From the NCBI GenBank assembly GCA_963754925.1, contig CAVWHX010000005.1, positions 173,294 through 237,293 of the forward strand: a stretch of 64,000 bases of DNA, written 5' to 3'. The translations under genes and the position numbers were made by a program. Numbering within the stretch: position 1 is the stretch's first letter; every line of letters starts with the position of its first letter. Shown here piece by piece: positions 31,257 to 42,472 of this stretch. Origin of the DNA: an uncultured delta proteobacterium (GTDB lineage Bacteria > Myxococcota > B64-G9). Below the pieces are notes generated by a model. It was not told the origin of the DNA, searched no databases, and saw nothing but the letters and a program-made list of their open reading frames with translations.

Positions 31257-33604
31257 GCCTTTATGCCGACCGACGGTATGATCGGCAGGCCCTGCGTATA
31301 CGCTCGTTGGGTGTAATCGTAATTGTACAGCACCCCCACGGGGGGGCGATAATTATATACGTTTTGAATGTCCAAATAAACGCTCAACGCCCAGCGAAGG
31401 AAGGCCCAGGTGTAATCGACGCGAAGGTCAAGACGGTGGTACAGCGGCAGGCGCTCGGCGTTGATGCCGCCGGGAGTGGGAATGTAGATGTCATAGTCGG
31501 CATCGTAGGTGCCGCCATGCATGTAGGTGGTGGGATTGCCGCTGGCCAGTTGAAAGCGCAGGCCAAACTCCCAACCGCGGTTTTGCCCATGCGTTGGTAT
31601 CACCGGCCCGGTAGGGAGCCGGTAACCCGCCACCAACGTGAGAATATGCGTTTGGTCGAAACTAGAAAGGCGCCAGGGTTGGCCCGGTCCGTCCTTGACT
31701 TCGCTGCGCATCAGGGTATACGCCAGCCAGCCGAAGATCCCGTCGTGCAACTCGCGCCGGATCATTAACGACATGCCGATGATCGTTCCTATCCCGCTGT
31801 TGTTGTAAACTATCTGTGGATCGGTAAGGCTGTTCGCCGAGACCACCAAGTGATCGAGTGATTTGTAGAAGCCGTTGAGGTCAACGCTGAAAAACCAGGG
31901 CAGCTCTTGTTGAAGCCGGATGAGGTAGTGGAAGGCCCGCTCCATTTCAAGCGTGGGGGTGCCATACTCTTTCGAGGTCTCATCCAACGTGGGAGGCTCA
32001 TAGTATATTCCAAAAGCCGCCGACAACGTGGTTCCCGGACGGACCTCCTGCTTGAAGCTCAGGCGCGGCATCACGGCGGCGCGGCCGACCGATTGACTAT
32101 TGGTTCCTTCCGCCCGCACTCCGGCGGTCAGCGTACCATCCTTCCAGGGCTTGTATACGCCGTTCACATACAACGCTCCCGAGACCCCGGTACGGTATTC
32201 CTTTCCGACGACCAGCGGCCAGGTCTCGAAATTGACCGGCAACTCGCCTTCCTTCGGCGGGCGCGGAAAACTATTGGAAAGATCGTAGTACCATCCTACA
32301 AAATTGCCACCGGTGACCAGGCGAAAACGTTCGATGGGTTGCCATTCGATGTCTATCCGACCCCGCAGCATCGGCTCCGCGATTCGTATATACCGGTCGG
32401 TGCCCACATTGAAGTCATAGCCGTCCCAACCGGCGACCAGGGAAGCGCGTAGTTGCCATGAGGTCTTCGGGGAGTAGTCCCACCCGAGTTGTAAACGATA
32501 GAACTGCGTTGCGTTCTGAAAAATCCCGGTCAGGGTGGGATCGGCAGTGAGGGCTCGATCGACCACGAGTTTCAACTCGTCGCTCGATCCGTACGCAAAT
32601 AGCGACAGCCGATTCTTGGGCGACGGGCGCCATTCAACTTTCAGTTGATAATCGTAGTACACCGGCAGCACCGTCAACGAGATGCCGTTCATGTGAGGCA
32701 AGACCTTGCCGAGCCATAAATCAACCGTGCTGCGTCTGGCCGCCGCGAAAAAACCGACGTCATCTGACAGCGAGCCTTCGAGAAAAAAGCCGGCATCGAT
32801 CAGGCTCGCATTGACATATCCATGGATCCCCTTTTTGGTGCAGGGTTTGGTGGTGACATCGACGATCCCGCCGATGGCCTCCCCAAACTCGGACGAAAAA
32901 GCGGCCGGGAGAAAATCAATACGTTGCAGCATGTCGGCATTAAGCACCGAGGTCACACCATAGAAATGATACAACAGCGGCACCGGGTGTCCGTCGATCA
33001 GCACCTGGCTGTCTTCGGGAGCGGCCCCCAAGATCACCAGTCCGACACCCAATCCAGTACTCATAGGACTCAGTTGGGGCCCGACTCCCGGCAAGCTCTG
33101 AATGATCGATCCAATGTCGCCGCGCGCCCCGGGGATTTTTTTGACCTCGTCGAGCTGCAAGACCGTATCGGAAACCTCTTCCTGGAGGCGTTTGGAGCGG
33201 ATGACGACTTCTTCCTCCTCCTGTTGGCCGAGCGGATCGAGGGCGTAGCGCACTGAGGACGTTTGTCCAGCCTCCACCGTCACGGTAGAAAAAAACGGCA
33301 CATGCTCGCCGTCGAGAATTCGCAAATTATGTAGCCCGGGCGCGACAGCGGTGAAATTAAATTGTCCCTGTTCGTTGGTGGCCGCCGTTTGATCCGGATG
33401 GTCGAGCTCGATTACCGCTCCTATGACTGGTTTGGCCGAAACCTTATCCACCAGGGTGCCGACGATTGCGCCTGTTTCTTCTGCCGCCTGGACGGGATTC
33501 GAAAAAACAACCAAATACCATAGCGCCCACAGGGTGCCGGCAAGAGCTGATTTCAATCGAACGTTGCTTATGAGCGAATCGTTTGTGTTGTTGTGCTGCG
33601 TCAC
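31247..33604 (-). CDS. TonB-dependent receptor
   Basis: Carboxypeptidase-regulatory-like N-domain, plug (IPG, LPGV, IDG.P...LYHF), barrel, C-terminal Phe. Confidence 0.88.
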   Translation of the reverse strand: MTQHNNTNDSLISNVRLKSALAGTLWALWYLVVFSNPVQAAEETGAIVGTLVDKVSAKPVIGAVIELDHPDQTAATNEQGQFNFTAVAPGLHNLRILDGEHVPFFSTVTVEAGQTSSVRYALDPLGQQEEEEVVIRSKRLQEEVSDTVLQLDEVKKIPGARGDIGSIIQSLPGVGPQLSPMSTGLGVGLVILGAAPEDSQVLIDGHPVPLLYHFYGVTSVLNADMLQRIDFLPAAFSSEFGEAIGGIVDVTTKPCTKKGIHGYVNASLIDAGFFLEGSLSDDVGFFAAARRSTVDLWLGKVLPHMNGISLTVLPVYYDYQLKVEWRPSPKNRLSLFAYGSSDELKLVVDRALTADPTLTGIFQNATQFYRLQLGWDYSPKTSWQLRASLVAGWDGYDFNVGTDRYIRIAEPMLRGRIDIEWQPIERFRLVTGGNFVGWYYDLSNSFPRPPKEGELPVNFETWPLVVGKEYRTGVSGALYVNGVYKPWKDGTLTAGVRAEGTNSQSVGRAAVMPRLSFKQEVRPGTTLSAAFGIYYEPPTLDETSKEYGTPTLEMERAFHYLIRLQQELPWFFSVDLNGFYKSLDHLVVSANSLTDPQIVYNNSGIGTIIGMSLMIRRELHDGIFGWLAYTLMRSEVKDGPGQPWRLSSFDQTHILTLVAGYRLPTGPVIPTHGQNRGWEFGLRFQLASGNPTTYMHGGTYDADYDIYIPTPGGINAERLPLYHRLDLRVDYTWAFLRWALSVYLDIQNVYNYRPPVGVLYNYDYTQRAYTQGLPIIPSVGIKAWF

Positions 33605-33824
33605 TCGGTCCTCGTGAAGATTGCCACATCTCGACCGTTGTCAGTACCTACTAAGAGGGGGAGTCTACCGGTCCAGGAATCGGATTGCAACTTGCTTGAT
33701 CACGATTCACGACCGTCGTGAAGCTGAATGTGATTTTTGATTTCGAATTGGATTTTTCAAATCTTCTTTGTAGGGCGGTGAGTACCCCGTGGAGATTCCC
33801 AGGCGGTCGGTCTCGGGTCCGACC

Positions 33825-34598
33825 TCAGACGGGAAGGGTGATGGTGCCCGGGTGAAGAAGCTCGCCCGAGGGAAAGCGATGCAGACTGAAGGTACGTTCT
33901 GACAGCTTGAGATAGCTGCCCCCCACAACCGCCTGGCCGGGGTTCGCCAGAACGCCGCCGCTCGGGAGACGTTCAAGCAGCGGCAGGTGCGTGTGGGCGT
34001 ACACCACCGCGTCAACCCGGTGACGCCGCAACTCGCGAAGCGCCGTGCGGCGGGCCCAGCGCGCCTCGTGCGCTCGTCCGAACCAGGTACGTTTTCGGCT
34101 TCGCTGTGCGAAAGCCAACCCAAAGCGAAACAACCATTCTTGGGGCAGGACGCTGTCTCGCAACCAGCGCACGGGCGCATTCTGAAGGCATCGGCGCAAG
34201 AGTCTGGTTCCGAGGTCGAACGGGTTCGCGCGATCGCCATGCGCCAGTCTCAGCGTGAGCCCTTGCACCCGGGTGTTGATGGGGCCGGGATGAATCCACC
34301 ACTGCGCGAGCTCCGGGATATCGCTGGAGAGATCGTAGTCGTGGTTGCCTTCAAGAAAATGGAATGGAGCTAACGACGCCAGCCGTTGGAGCACCGGCCG
34401 ATAGGCGGCCTCGGCGGCGCGGTTGCGCCCCGAGAAAAACTCAAATAGGTCGCCGAGGATCACCACGGAACCGGGAATCGGCTCGATGTCATTTAGAAAC
34501 TCCAATAGCGCCTGTTGGTTGGGGTCCTGACGGCCATTGAGGTGGGCGTCGGCGAGAAATATCGCCGACTGTGGAGCAGCGCGGACGAAATCATTCAT
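33825..34598 (-). CDS. lpxH: UDP-2,3-diacylglucosamine hydrolase-like metallophosphoesterase
   Basis: ADAHL, LGDLFE, GNHD, AHGD, HTH. Confidence 0.75.
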   Translation of the reverse strand: MNDFVRAAPQSAIFLADAHLNGRQDPNQQALLEFLNDIEPIPGSVVILGDLFEFFSGRNRAAEAAYRPVLQRLASLAPFHFLEGNHDYDLSSDIPELAQWWIHPGPINTRVQGLTLRLAHGDRANPFDLGTRLLRRCLQNAPVRWLRDSVLPQEWLFRFGLAFAQRSRKRTWFGRAHEARWARRTALRELRRHRVDAVVYAHTHLPLLERLPSGGVLANPGQAVVGGSYLKLSERTFSLHRFPSGELLHPGTITLPV

Positions 34599-35206
34599 GG
34601 GCGGGTCCTGACATAGGCGATGCGCTGAATCGGGATTCCTTGTTGCAGGCAACGCGCTTCACGGTGGGAGGTGATTCCGCACATCCACTCGCGCTTGACC
34701 ATATCGCCGTCGACCAATCGGAAGTTTTCGTTTTCTCCAAAGACGACTTGATTCTCGGCAATCAGATCGGGAACATCCGACTGAATAAAGACCCAGCCTC
34801 CCGGTTTGAGCAGGCGCTGCAGCAACCCAACGAACGCCGGATGGATCAGCCGGCGTTTATGGTGCCGCTTCTTCCACCACGGGTCCGGGTGATGGATAGT
34901 AAAGGCGTTGACGCTGCCGGCGCCAAAAAGGACGGGTAGATCCTCAGAGACATCGCAGCGCAGGGCGCGCAGATTGGCAATATCTTTCGCATGACCCTGA
35001 GCGCGTAGCCCGGTTATCCACTTGCGTCGGGAATCAAGCGCCACCACATTCACCTGGGGACAGCAGAGCGCACGCGCCAACGCATACTGACCGCGACCGC
35101 AGCCCAGGTCGACCTCCAATGGCGCCTCCCGGCCGAAGGCGATTTCCCAGTGGGGCGGAACGGGCTCGACATTGCGGAGCATAGCCTGTCTGCGAAGGGG
35201 TATCAT
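34595..35206 (-). CDS. trmB: tRNA (guanine-N7)-methyltransferase
   Basis: VDLGCGRG, PDPWWKKRHHKRRL, QSD. Confidence 0.9.
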   Translation of the reverse strand: MIPLRRQAMLRNVEPVPPHWEIAFGREAPLEVDLGCGRGQYALARALCCPQVNVVALDSRRKWITGLRAQGHAKDIANLRALRCDVSEDLPVLFGAGSVNAFTIHHPDPWWKKRHHKRRLIHPAFVGLLQRLLKPGGWVFIQSDVPDLIAENQVVFGENENFRLVDGDMVKREWMCGITSHREARCLQQGIPIQRIAYVRTRP

Positions 35207-35304
35207 CTCATAGCGCCTTCCGATGCCTTATAAAACCCATCGCCTCTTTATTAGGGGAGGTTTAAAAGCTCCTACGACGCGGCTTGCTCGATCGGGGGCA
35301 CATG

Positions 35305-36873
35305 CTAACGTGTTTGGCCGGACCCTGTTTCTGGCACCGCAGACGCCGTTCGACTGAGACGGGCTGTCAGTATCTGGTAGTTGAAGTCGACCACGTTGAA
35401 GCGCGGGCTGCCCTTTTCGGTTTCAACCAGCTCTTCGATTGGCTCGATGGCCTTTCTGGATTTGAGTTTGTCGAGCGCATAGATAAGCGCAAAACGAACA
35501 TTTTCGGATTCGTCGGCGATGATCTTCAGCAAGGGATCGACCGCTTTTTGGTCGTCTAAGCGGCCGAGTTCATAAACGGCCTTTTCTCGCACCGCCGGAA
35601 CCGTATCTGAGAGTTTGGCGATCCAGCAGGTAGCGTTCTGCTTGCACTCGGCATACGCGGTCAGGCGCTTGATGGTGTCCTTGAGCGCCGCCGCGATCTC
35701 GGGATCCCTTTCGATTCTCTCGCGTGCGGTAAGTTGCGGCAGCCACTCATCGGTGCCCAGGTTGCCGATGGCCTCAATAAGGGGGGTTCGGGTGCGGGGT
35801 TGCTCGTTGGAAAAAGATAATCTGAGCAACTCAGGCACGTGCGAGCGATCGCCGATAAGATTAAGAGCGTTGGCGCATATGCTGCGCAGGTCCCACAAGT
35901 CTTTATGAAGATATTTTTGGATCAAGGGCAGTCCGCGTTTATCTCCGAGCGCTCCGAGGGCGACAATAACGCCGCTCATGGCTTGGTTGCGAACGGGTTC
36001 AAATTCCCATTTTTGGATTTTCTCGGACAGTTGGAGCAGATCCCCGACTACGCTGTCATTCCCGATGTCGCCGAGCACTTTGGCGGCCTTGGTTTCCAAG
36101 GCGCCGGGGGTTTGCTCAACCATCGGCATGACATCCTGATTTTCGCCGTTCATAGTTTTGATCAATGGTTCGATGGCCGGATCGCCGATCTTTACCAACG
36201 ACAACGCAGCATGAAAGAAATCGCCTGACTTCTCGCGGAACAACGCCTTGATCAGGGTTGGGATAGCCTTCGGATCAGCGATCTCGCCCAGGGCAAAGAG
36301 CGCATTGATTCTCAGAATTCGATCCGGTTGGCTGGTTGACTCATTGTCGGCCCGGTTAATCAACTCATCGACGGCGTCTTTATATTTTAGTTTGCCCAAG
36401 GCCCGTATGGCAGCCCGCTGAACCGTCGGCTCCTTGGTGGCGTCCATGAGCCTGAGCAGGGGGGCCCCGGCAGAGAGATCCCCCAGCGCGCCTAAGGCGC
36501 TCGCGATCTTCTCGTTGGCGCGATTGGTGCGTTTGGCCTTCTTGCTCTCTTTGTTGGAGCCAACGGTAAAGTCGATAGCGTCCAATAACGGCTTGACCGC
36601 TGATTTGGTCTGCCATTTATTAAAAATCTCAGCGATTTTTTCACGCAGCTCGGGTTGCTCGGTCGCGTTCTGAAATGCCTCGACCAAGGCCGGTTCGGCG
36701 GCCTTATCGCCCAACTGCCTGAGGTTGTCGACGGCGGCTTCAGTCTGTTCGGGGTCCTTGAGAGCTTTGATCCAACAGTCCGAGGCATCGCCAACCTTGC
36801 ACTTCTTAGAGCATCCAATGAAGGAGAACGCTACGACCACGATCAAAGCTGCGATCGATCGGCGGCTCATCAA
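35305..36873 (-). CDS. HEAT-repeat lipoprotein
   Basis: Lipobox FIGC; many ALG.LGD..A repeats. Confidence 0.82.
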   Translation of the reverse strand: MMSRRSIAALIVVVAFSFIGCSKKCKVGDASDCWIKALKDPEQTEAAVDNLRQLGDKAAEPALVEAFQNATEQPELREKIAEIFNKWQTKSAVKPLLDAIDFTVGSNKESKKAKRTNRANEKIASALGALGDLSAGAPLLRLMDATKEPTVQRAAIRALGKLKYKDAVDELINRADNESTSQPDRILRINALFALGEIADPKAIPTLIKALFREKSGDFFHAALSLVKIGDPAIEPLIKTMNGENQDVMPMVEQTPGALETKAAKVLGDIGNDSVVGDLLQLSEKIQKWEFEPVRNQAMSGVIVALGALGDKRGLPLIQKYLHKDLWDLRSICANALNLIGDRSHVPELLRLSFSNEQPRTRTPLIEAIGNLGTDEWLPQLTARERIERDPEIAAALKDTIKRLTAYAECKQNATCWIAKLSDTVPAVREKAVYELGRLDDQKAVDPLLKIIADESENVRFALIYALDKLKSRKAIEPIEELVETEKGSPRFNVVDFNYQILTARLSRTASAVPETGSGQTR

Positions 36874-36967
36874 AAACCCCCTTTGCGTTGGGACGGTTAA
36901 CGTTGAATCACGCTTTCTTTATTATTATTTACAACCGTAACCCCCTCTGAGTCAACAGGAAAAAATC

Positions 36968-38074
36968 TTGAGAAAATGCCATCCGTATGGTAACAAAAGG
37001 ATATTCTACAGGAGGTATCTGTCATTGCGCTTGGGGTTAGGAAGGTTTGTTGATTGGTGGCCTCAAGGTCTCATTGGAATATGGATAATCTGCTGCGTTG
37101 GAATCGCACCGGCCGGAGAGGATAGAATAGCTGTCTTGTCCGAAGGCCTGCGTGACCCCTCGAGCTTTAAAGTTCGCCTCAAAGCCGCCATCGTGCTCGG
37201 TCGGACGAACGACGCCCGCGCCGTAGAGCCGCTGTGCGGGGCGCTCAAGGACGAGAACTTTATCGTACGGGGCGCCGCGGCTCGGGCGCTGGGAAATTTA
37301 GGGTTGCCCCTGGCGAGCGCGGCGATAACGCCGTTATTAAAACTGGTAAAAGATGAGGAAGCGTTTGTCGGCAAAGAAGCTCGCCGCGCCTTATCCCGGT
37401 TGACCGGTAACGATACCGTCGAAACGCTTATTTCCCTGCTCGACTCGATTGATCCCGTCGTGCGCGGCACCGTCGTCAACCTCCTGTCGAAGGCGAGCAA
37501 TCTTGAAGCGCACCGCGCGTTGGTGCCGCTGCTCGGCGATAGCGACCGGGAGGTGCGCAACGCAACGGCGGAGTCGATCAAAAGCCTCCCGGAACCAGAG
37601 ATTGAACAGATACTATCGTCGGCACTATTACGTACCGATAACCCCCTGATTCAACGAACCGCTATTCATCTGATTGGTGAGCTCAAACGCGCTTCGTGTA
37701 TCGAGCTCCTTGGCGATTTGGTGGCGCGTGACGACATCGATCTCGAAGTAAAGGACGACGCCGCGGCGGTTATTTCCGCGATGAAAGACCGGCTGATTAT
37801 TCCCGATCTGGTCGCGCGCTCCAGGGACAACGATCGACAGGTGCGGACTCGCGCCATACATTTACTCGCGTTGCACGGCGGCCAAGTGGCGGTGGATGCT
37901 TTGCTTTCGCTCCTACGCGATCCCGATAGGTATGTTCGTCGTCAAGCGGTCTATGCGTTAGGCGACGCCGGAGACGCGCGCGCGGTTCCAGCCCTTGAGA
38001 TGTTGCTGAAGTCCGAGGAAGACCCCCGTTTCAGTGAAGCCATCAAGAGGACGATTCGCAAACTTCGACACTAG
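36968..38074 (+). CDS. HEAT-repeat protein, start uncertain
   Basis: VRLKAAIVLG, VRGAAARALG, VRRQAVYALG. Confidence 0.82.
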   Translation: MRKCHPYGNKRIFYRRYLSLRLGLGRFVDWWPQGLIGIWIICCVGIAPAGEDRIAVLSEGLRDPSSFKVRLKAAIVLGRTNDARAVEPLCGALKDENFIVRGAAARALGNLGLPLASAAITPLLKLVKDEEAFVGKEARRALSRLTGNDTVETLISLLDSIDPVVRGTVVNLLSKASNLEAHRALVPLLGDSDREVRNATAESIKSLPEPEIEQILSSALLRTDNPLIQRTAIHLIGELKRASCIELLGDLVARDDIDLEVKDDAAAVISAMKDRLIIPDLVARSRDNDRQVRTRAIHLLALHGGQVAVDALLSLLRDPDRYVRRQAVYALGDAGDARAVPALEMLLKSEEDPRFSEAIKRTIRKLRH

Positions 38075-38091
38075 ACCTGGATTCCTGTGTT

Positions 38092-38129
38092 AGAGACTGT
38101 TAGCGAGCGAAGCGAGCGTTACAGTCTCT
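38092..38129. terminator. Hairpin between convergent genes
   Basis: AGAGACTGT...ACAGTCTCT. Confidence 0.45.
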
Positions 38130-38227
38130 TATCCCTTTAGGGGTCCACGGGAATGACTGATAGTCTATTATTTTGCGATGACGAATCTTATGACTCGTGC
38201 AATACTCTAGTTCCCTGGGACAAGAAA

Positions 38228-38560
38228 TTACTTCTTGATACCGTACCGTGCGGCGAGGGTGAGAAGCTGGCCGGTGCTGAAATTCTCGAGGTGTTTGCGG
38301 TAATCGCGATCTTCTTTTTTCTCTTTTCCCATACGAGCTTGAAGAATGGATTCGGTTAATTTTTCCCGGCCGCCGAGTTCTCGCATGCGGGTCTCGCGCT
38401 GGTGGAGGGTAAGAAGCTTGCTGTTACTTTGGGTGCGCAAGGCGGTCTTAACGTCGCCCTTAGAACTTTCCCCGCCTTTGAGCAGGCCAAGGATCTCTTC
38501 CACGAGCTTCTCTTTGTTGCCGAAACGCTCTTTGACTTTTTGTAGTGGTGCCTTCTTCAT
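38228..38560 (-). CDS. Small basic hypothetical protein
   Basis: MKKAPLQKVKERFGNKEKLV with an internal repeat of the KEKL...LLTL unit; RBS GAGG. Confidence 0.65.
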   Translation of the reverse strand: MKKAPLQKVKERFGNKEKLVEEILGLLKGGESSKGDVKTALRTQSNSKLLTLHQRETRMRELGGREKLTESILQARMGKEKKEDRDYRKHLENFSTGQLLTLAARYGIKK

Positions 38561-38751
38561 CGTCGTACCTCTTTCTCGGTTCCCTGCCAAAAAACAAGGT
38601 TACTCCGTTACCATGATTCGGTAACCCTGGCAAGGAAAATATGTCCACCGCAGTATCGTATCAGATCTCCCCGGCTCGTTTTTCGGCCCGAACAAAAAGT
38701 TGCCATAGCATCATAGAATCGATACCATAGTGGATACGGTGAGGAATACCC

Positions 38752-39813
38752 ATGCCTAGATTGAAACGGGTTTCGGCCGATTACCTTCCCCTGCTGGTCG
38801 TTTTTGGCGTGCTGCTCAGTACCCATAGCCGAGCCGGTGAGCGCGCCGATAATCCGAGGCTCATCGGTCCACATTTTTTTGCAGAGCAAGCGGAGAAGCA
38901 GGTATTCGCGGATGGTTTGGTTATCGATTCCGGCGATGGCGTACCGCAATTAATGTCCGGTCCGGCATTGCCGGGTGAGTTGGTATTGTTAGGATCGTTT
39001 GTTCCGGGATTAATCCCGGTTGGTTGGCAACCGACTCTCGCTACGCACTTTCCCAAGGGTTTTGTAAGCGTCAAGGGGCAAAACCGCCCGGGGGAGACTC
39101 CCTCCGAACACTTGGTCGTCATGCTCGATCCGGGGCATGGTGGAAAGGAACCCGGGGCGATAAGCAAGAGCGGTTATAGAGAAAAGCAGTTCGCCTTGGC
39201 GGTGGCCAAAAAGGTCGAATCGGCCTTAACGAACATCCCGGGGATTACGGTCGTTTTGACCCGTACGGGCGATGACACCATGAAATTGAACGATCGCGCA
39301 ACCCTGGCCAATCAAGTTGAGGCTGATTTGTTTATCAGCATTCACGCCAATGGTTTCACCAACCGTCACTGGAGTGGGATCGAGACGTTCTTTCATTCCC
39401 TCGAGGCGTCGGGGGAAGAGGCGCGTCGGGTAGCCTCCAAAGAGAATACCCCGGATGTGGCGGCAGCCGACACGGGAGATGATGAGGTCAGCTTTATTCT
39501 TCAGGATATGCAACATAACGAGCGCTTGAAAAGTTCGAGTCGCTTAGCCCAGGTAGTACAGGAACGATTGGTGGGCGCGCTCAAGTTGACCAATAGGGGA
39601 GTGATGCAAGCCGATTTCGCGGTATTGCGCCAAACACGGATGCCGGCGGTGTTGGTTGAAATTGGGTTCATAACGAATCCACAGGAAGCGCAGCTTCTTC
39701 GTGATCCCAATATTCAGGAGCGGGCTGCCGCCGCCCTCCGCGATGCCGTCCTCGCCTATCGCGTCCTCCTCGAAAAGCAGGAAGTTCGAAAGCCCGTGGA
39801 AGCATCTCGATAG
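38752..39813 (+). CDS. N-acetylmuramoyl-L-alanine amidase (Amidase_3)
   Basis: LDPGHGG, EK, LTR, SIHAN, LVEIGFITN. Confidence 0.92.
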   Translation: MPRLKRVSADYLPLLVVFGVLLSTHSRAGERADNPRLIGPHFFAEQAEKQVFADGLVIDSGDGVPQLMSGPALPGELVLLGSFVPGLIPVGWQPTLATHFPKGFVSVKGQNRPGETPSEHLVVMLDPGHGGKEPGAISKSGYREKQFALAVAKKVESALTNIPGITVVLTRTGDDTMKLNDRATLANQVEADLFISIHANGFTNRHWSGIETFFHSLEASGEEARRVASKENTPDVAAADTGDDEVSFILQDMQHNERLKSSSRLAQVVQERLVGALKLTNRGVMQADFAVLRQTRMPAVLVEIGFITNPQEAQLLRDPNIQERAAAALRDAVLAYRVLLEKQEVRKPVEASR

Positions 39814-39856
39814 GGGCTCATGGGGCACGTCGCTTTCTCGCCGCAAGGAATCAACC

Positions 39857-40474
39857 ATGAAAGTGGTGGTCGCCAGTCGTAACCAGGGAAAGTGCACCGA
39901 GTATGCTCGGATGTTTAACACCCTGAGTTGGGAGGTGCTTTCCCTCGATCAAGCCGGGATCCCTCCGAACTTCATTCTTCCGGAAGAAGGCAGCACGCTC
40001 GAGGCCAATGCCTATTCAAAGGCTGCCGCGGTCGCCCCGCTCGTTGCCAGGGATTTTGCCTTGGGGGATGACTCGGGGCTTATGGTGGACGCGCTCGGCG
40101 AGGCCCCGGGAGTGTTTTCGGCTCGCTATGCAGGCCTGGGCACCACCGGAGCGGAACAAGCCCGCGCAAATATCGCCAAGCTGATCGAGGCCCTAACCGG
40201 CGTGCCCGATGAGTTCCGTACGGCTCGGTTTGTCTGTCAGATAGTGATGATCGATGGTCACGGACAGAGGTTTGACTCGCGCGGTACCTGCGAGGGCCGC
40301 ATTCTTCGCGCGCCGCGCGGGGAGGGCGGCTTTGGATACGATCCGGTGTTTGTGCCACAGGGCTTTGATCGCAGCATGGCCGAACTGACGCTCGATGAAA
40401 AGAATCGTATCTCTCACCGGGGAAAAGCCCTTCTCGCCTTGATGAAGAAGGTTTCCGCGCGCTACGGCAGATAA
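39857..40474 (+). CDS. rdgB: Non-canonical purine NTP pyrophosphatase (RdgB/HAM1)
   Basis: SRNQGK, DDSGL, PGVFSARY, GFGYDPVF, KNRISHRG. Confidence 0.93.
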   Translation: MKVVVASRNQGKCTEYARMFNTLSWEVLSLDQAGIPPNFILPEEGSTLEANAYSKAAAVAPLVARDFALGDDSGLMVDALGEAPGVFSARYAGLGTTGAEQARANIAKLIEALTGVPDEFRTARFVCQIVMIDGHGQRFDSRGTCEGRILRAPRGEGGFGYDPVFVPQGFDRSMAELTLDEKNRISHRGKALLALMKKVSARYGR

Positions 40475-40499
40475 GACGTTACTCGCCTGAAGCTCGTTC

Positions 40500-41277
40500 C
40501 TACTTGACCAATCTGCGGTAAAACATCCGTACGGCTGGCACGATGGGCAACGTCGCGAAGACCACGAGCCAGGCGATATCGAGCAGGAGGGTCCGATCCA
40601 GTCTCCCGACGAACAGAGATCGAGAGGCATCGACCGCGTGCGTCAGGGGACTAAACCAGGCGACTGATTGGACCCATGACGGCAATTGGTCAAGCGGAAA
40701 GAAGATTCCTGAAAAGAGAAAAATCGGCGTAACCACGAGGGTGAAGTAGTAGTTTAAAAAATTCGTATGACGGGCTTGCACTCGAAAATAACACCGCCAG
40801 TCCGCCAAAAATGATGCCGCACAGGAGTGTGAGCAACGGTACCGCGATGGCGAGGGGAGACCCGATGAGGCCGAAGGACGCTACGATTATGAGGACCGCG
40901 GTGCCGGCGACCGTGGCTTTAATTGACGCAAACATAATCTCGGCAATGGTTATTTCGGTCACTCCAACCGGGGTCGAGAGAATCCCTTCGAAGGTGTGTT
41001 GGGGATCGAGCCGGGTAAAAGTGCCAAACGTGCCCTCAAAGGAAGCCGCATACATGGCGGCTGAAATGATAAGGCCGGGAGCGATAAATTGGATGTAGCT
41101 CATCCCGCCGATCCGCGGGACCAGCGCGCCGAGGCCGTAGCCAAGCGCGATAAGAGACAACAGCGGTTCAGCCAGATTGCCGACCAATCCCGAGAAGAAG
41201 TAGCGCCGCCACACCCGCAGGTTACGGAGAAGCACGGCAAAAACACCGTGCGCGATGTTGGGCTGAAAACGAGTCAT
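40500..41277 (-). CDS. ABC-2 permease (NodJ-like), frameshift near 40760
   Basis: EPLLSLIALGYGLG, FIAPG; second part TPIFLFSGIFFP, PLTHAV. Confidence 0.85.
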
Positions 41278-42287
41278 TCGCGCAGCTCTCTCCCGGTAAG
41301 GTTGAGAAAGACATCTTCAAGGGTTGCGTGCCGGACCGCCAAGGGCAACCCTAATTGATGGGTGGCGGTCAGGAAGGTTTGTGGGAAACTAGCCTCGGCG
41401 GTAAAACACGAGAGCGTGTCCTCGTGCCGTTCGACCCGGATACCCAGCTCTTTGCTCTGTTGCAATAACGCCTGCAGCCGTTCCTCGGGCAATCGGCGGG
41501 CGTCCAGAAGCGTCAACACTTCCTTGCCGGCGTGCCGGCGGATGAGCTCCGTTGGTGAATCCTGGTCGAGGATTCGGCCGCGATCGATTACCGCCAACCG
41601 ATCGCACAGTTGCTCGGCCTCTTCCATGTAGTGGGTGCACAGGAGCATGGTGGTGCCGCCGTTTTTCAAGCCTCGCAATCGCTGCCAAATGTGATGACGG
41701 GCTTGCGGATCGAGGCCGGTCGTGGGCTCGTCGAGAATCAACAGGTCCGGATTATTGATTAACCCGCGCGCGATCAAGAGCCGCCGCCGCATGCCGCCAG
41801 AAAGTTTGTCGATACGGACGCCGGCCTTGTCCTCCAATGCCATGAATAGAAGCAGCTCGTCGGCTCGTTGGCAGGCTTCATTCCGGGGGATGCCGAAGTA
41901 GCTTGCATAGATAACCAGATTATCACGGCAGGAAAGATCGGTGTCCAGGCTGTCGTGTTGCGGGACAACCCCAATTCTGAAACGCACCTCGCGATCGCGG
42001 CGGGTCACGTCTAATCCGAGCACCTTGAGTATGCCGCCGGACAGCGGTGAGACACAGCGCAGTAGCGACATGGTCGTCGTTTTGCCGGCGCCATTGGGGC
42101 CCAGCAGGCCGAAGCACTCGCCGGAAGCCACGTCAAACGAGATCCCGGCCAATGCCTCGAAATCGCCGTAGCTCTTGCGCAGATCCCGGGCCAGGACGGC
42201 CGTCGGGTATTCGGAGCTTTCGGCGGTCGTTACGAAACGTTGTTTTTTGACAACGGCGCCTTCAGGAGATTTTTCTTGTTGAGGCAT
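41274..42287 (-). CDS. ABC ATPase (NodI-like)
   Basis: GPNGAGKTT, LSGGM, LDEPTTGLDPQARH. Confidence 0.92.
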   Translation of the reverse strand: MPQQEKSPEGAVVKKQRFVTTAESSEYPTAVLARDLRKSYGDFEALAGISFDVASGECFGLLGPNGAGKTTTMSLLRCVSPLSGGILKVLGLDVTRRDREVRFRIGVVPQHDSLDTDLSCRDNLVIYASYFGIPRNEACQRADELLLFMALEDKAGVRIDKLSGGMRRRLLIARGLINNPDLLILDEPTTGLDPQARHHIWQRLRGLKNGGTTMLLCTHYMEEAEQLCDRLAVIDRGRILDQDSPTELIRRHAGKEVLTLLDARRLPEERLQALLQQSKELGIRVERHEDTLSCFTAEASFPQTFLTATHQLGLPLAVRHATLEDVFLNLTGRELRE

Positions 42288-42399
42288 TCAGTACTTAATG
42301 TTTGGGACCCCCGTCTTTCGGGGCGACGGAGAGGTCGTCAAAGAGTCGGCCTTTTGTGCCATCACTTGGAGTGGGTGTCAAGATTATAGAGTTAGGTGG

Positions 42400-42428
42400 T
42401 TGACAGTCTCGGCCGGACTCTCTATAGT
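42400..42428 (+). promoter_or_regulatory. sigma70 promoter of the topo VI operon
   Basis: TTGACA-17 bp-TATAGT. Confidence 0.55.
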
Positions 42429-42472
42429 TCGGCCCCAACTGGATGTGGCGATGAACCTTAAGGAGTACCGGG

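Noticed and set aside
33605..33825. Possible cobalamin riboswitch upstream of the TonB receptor
   Set aside because: No B12-box or other conserved riboswitch elements recognised
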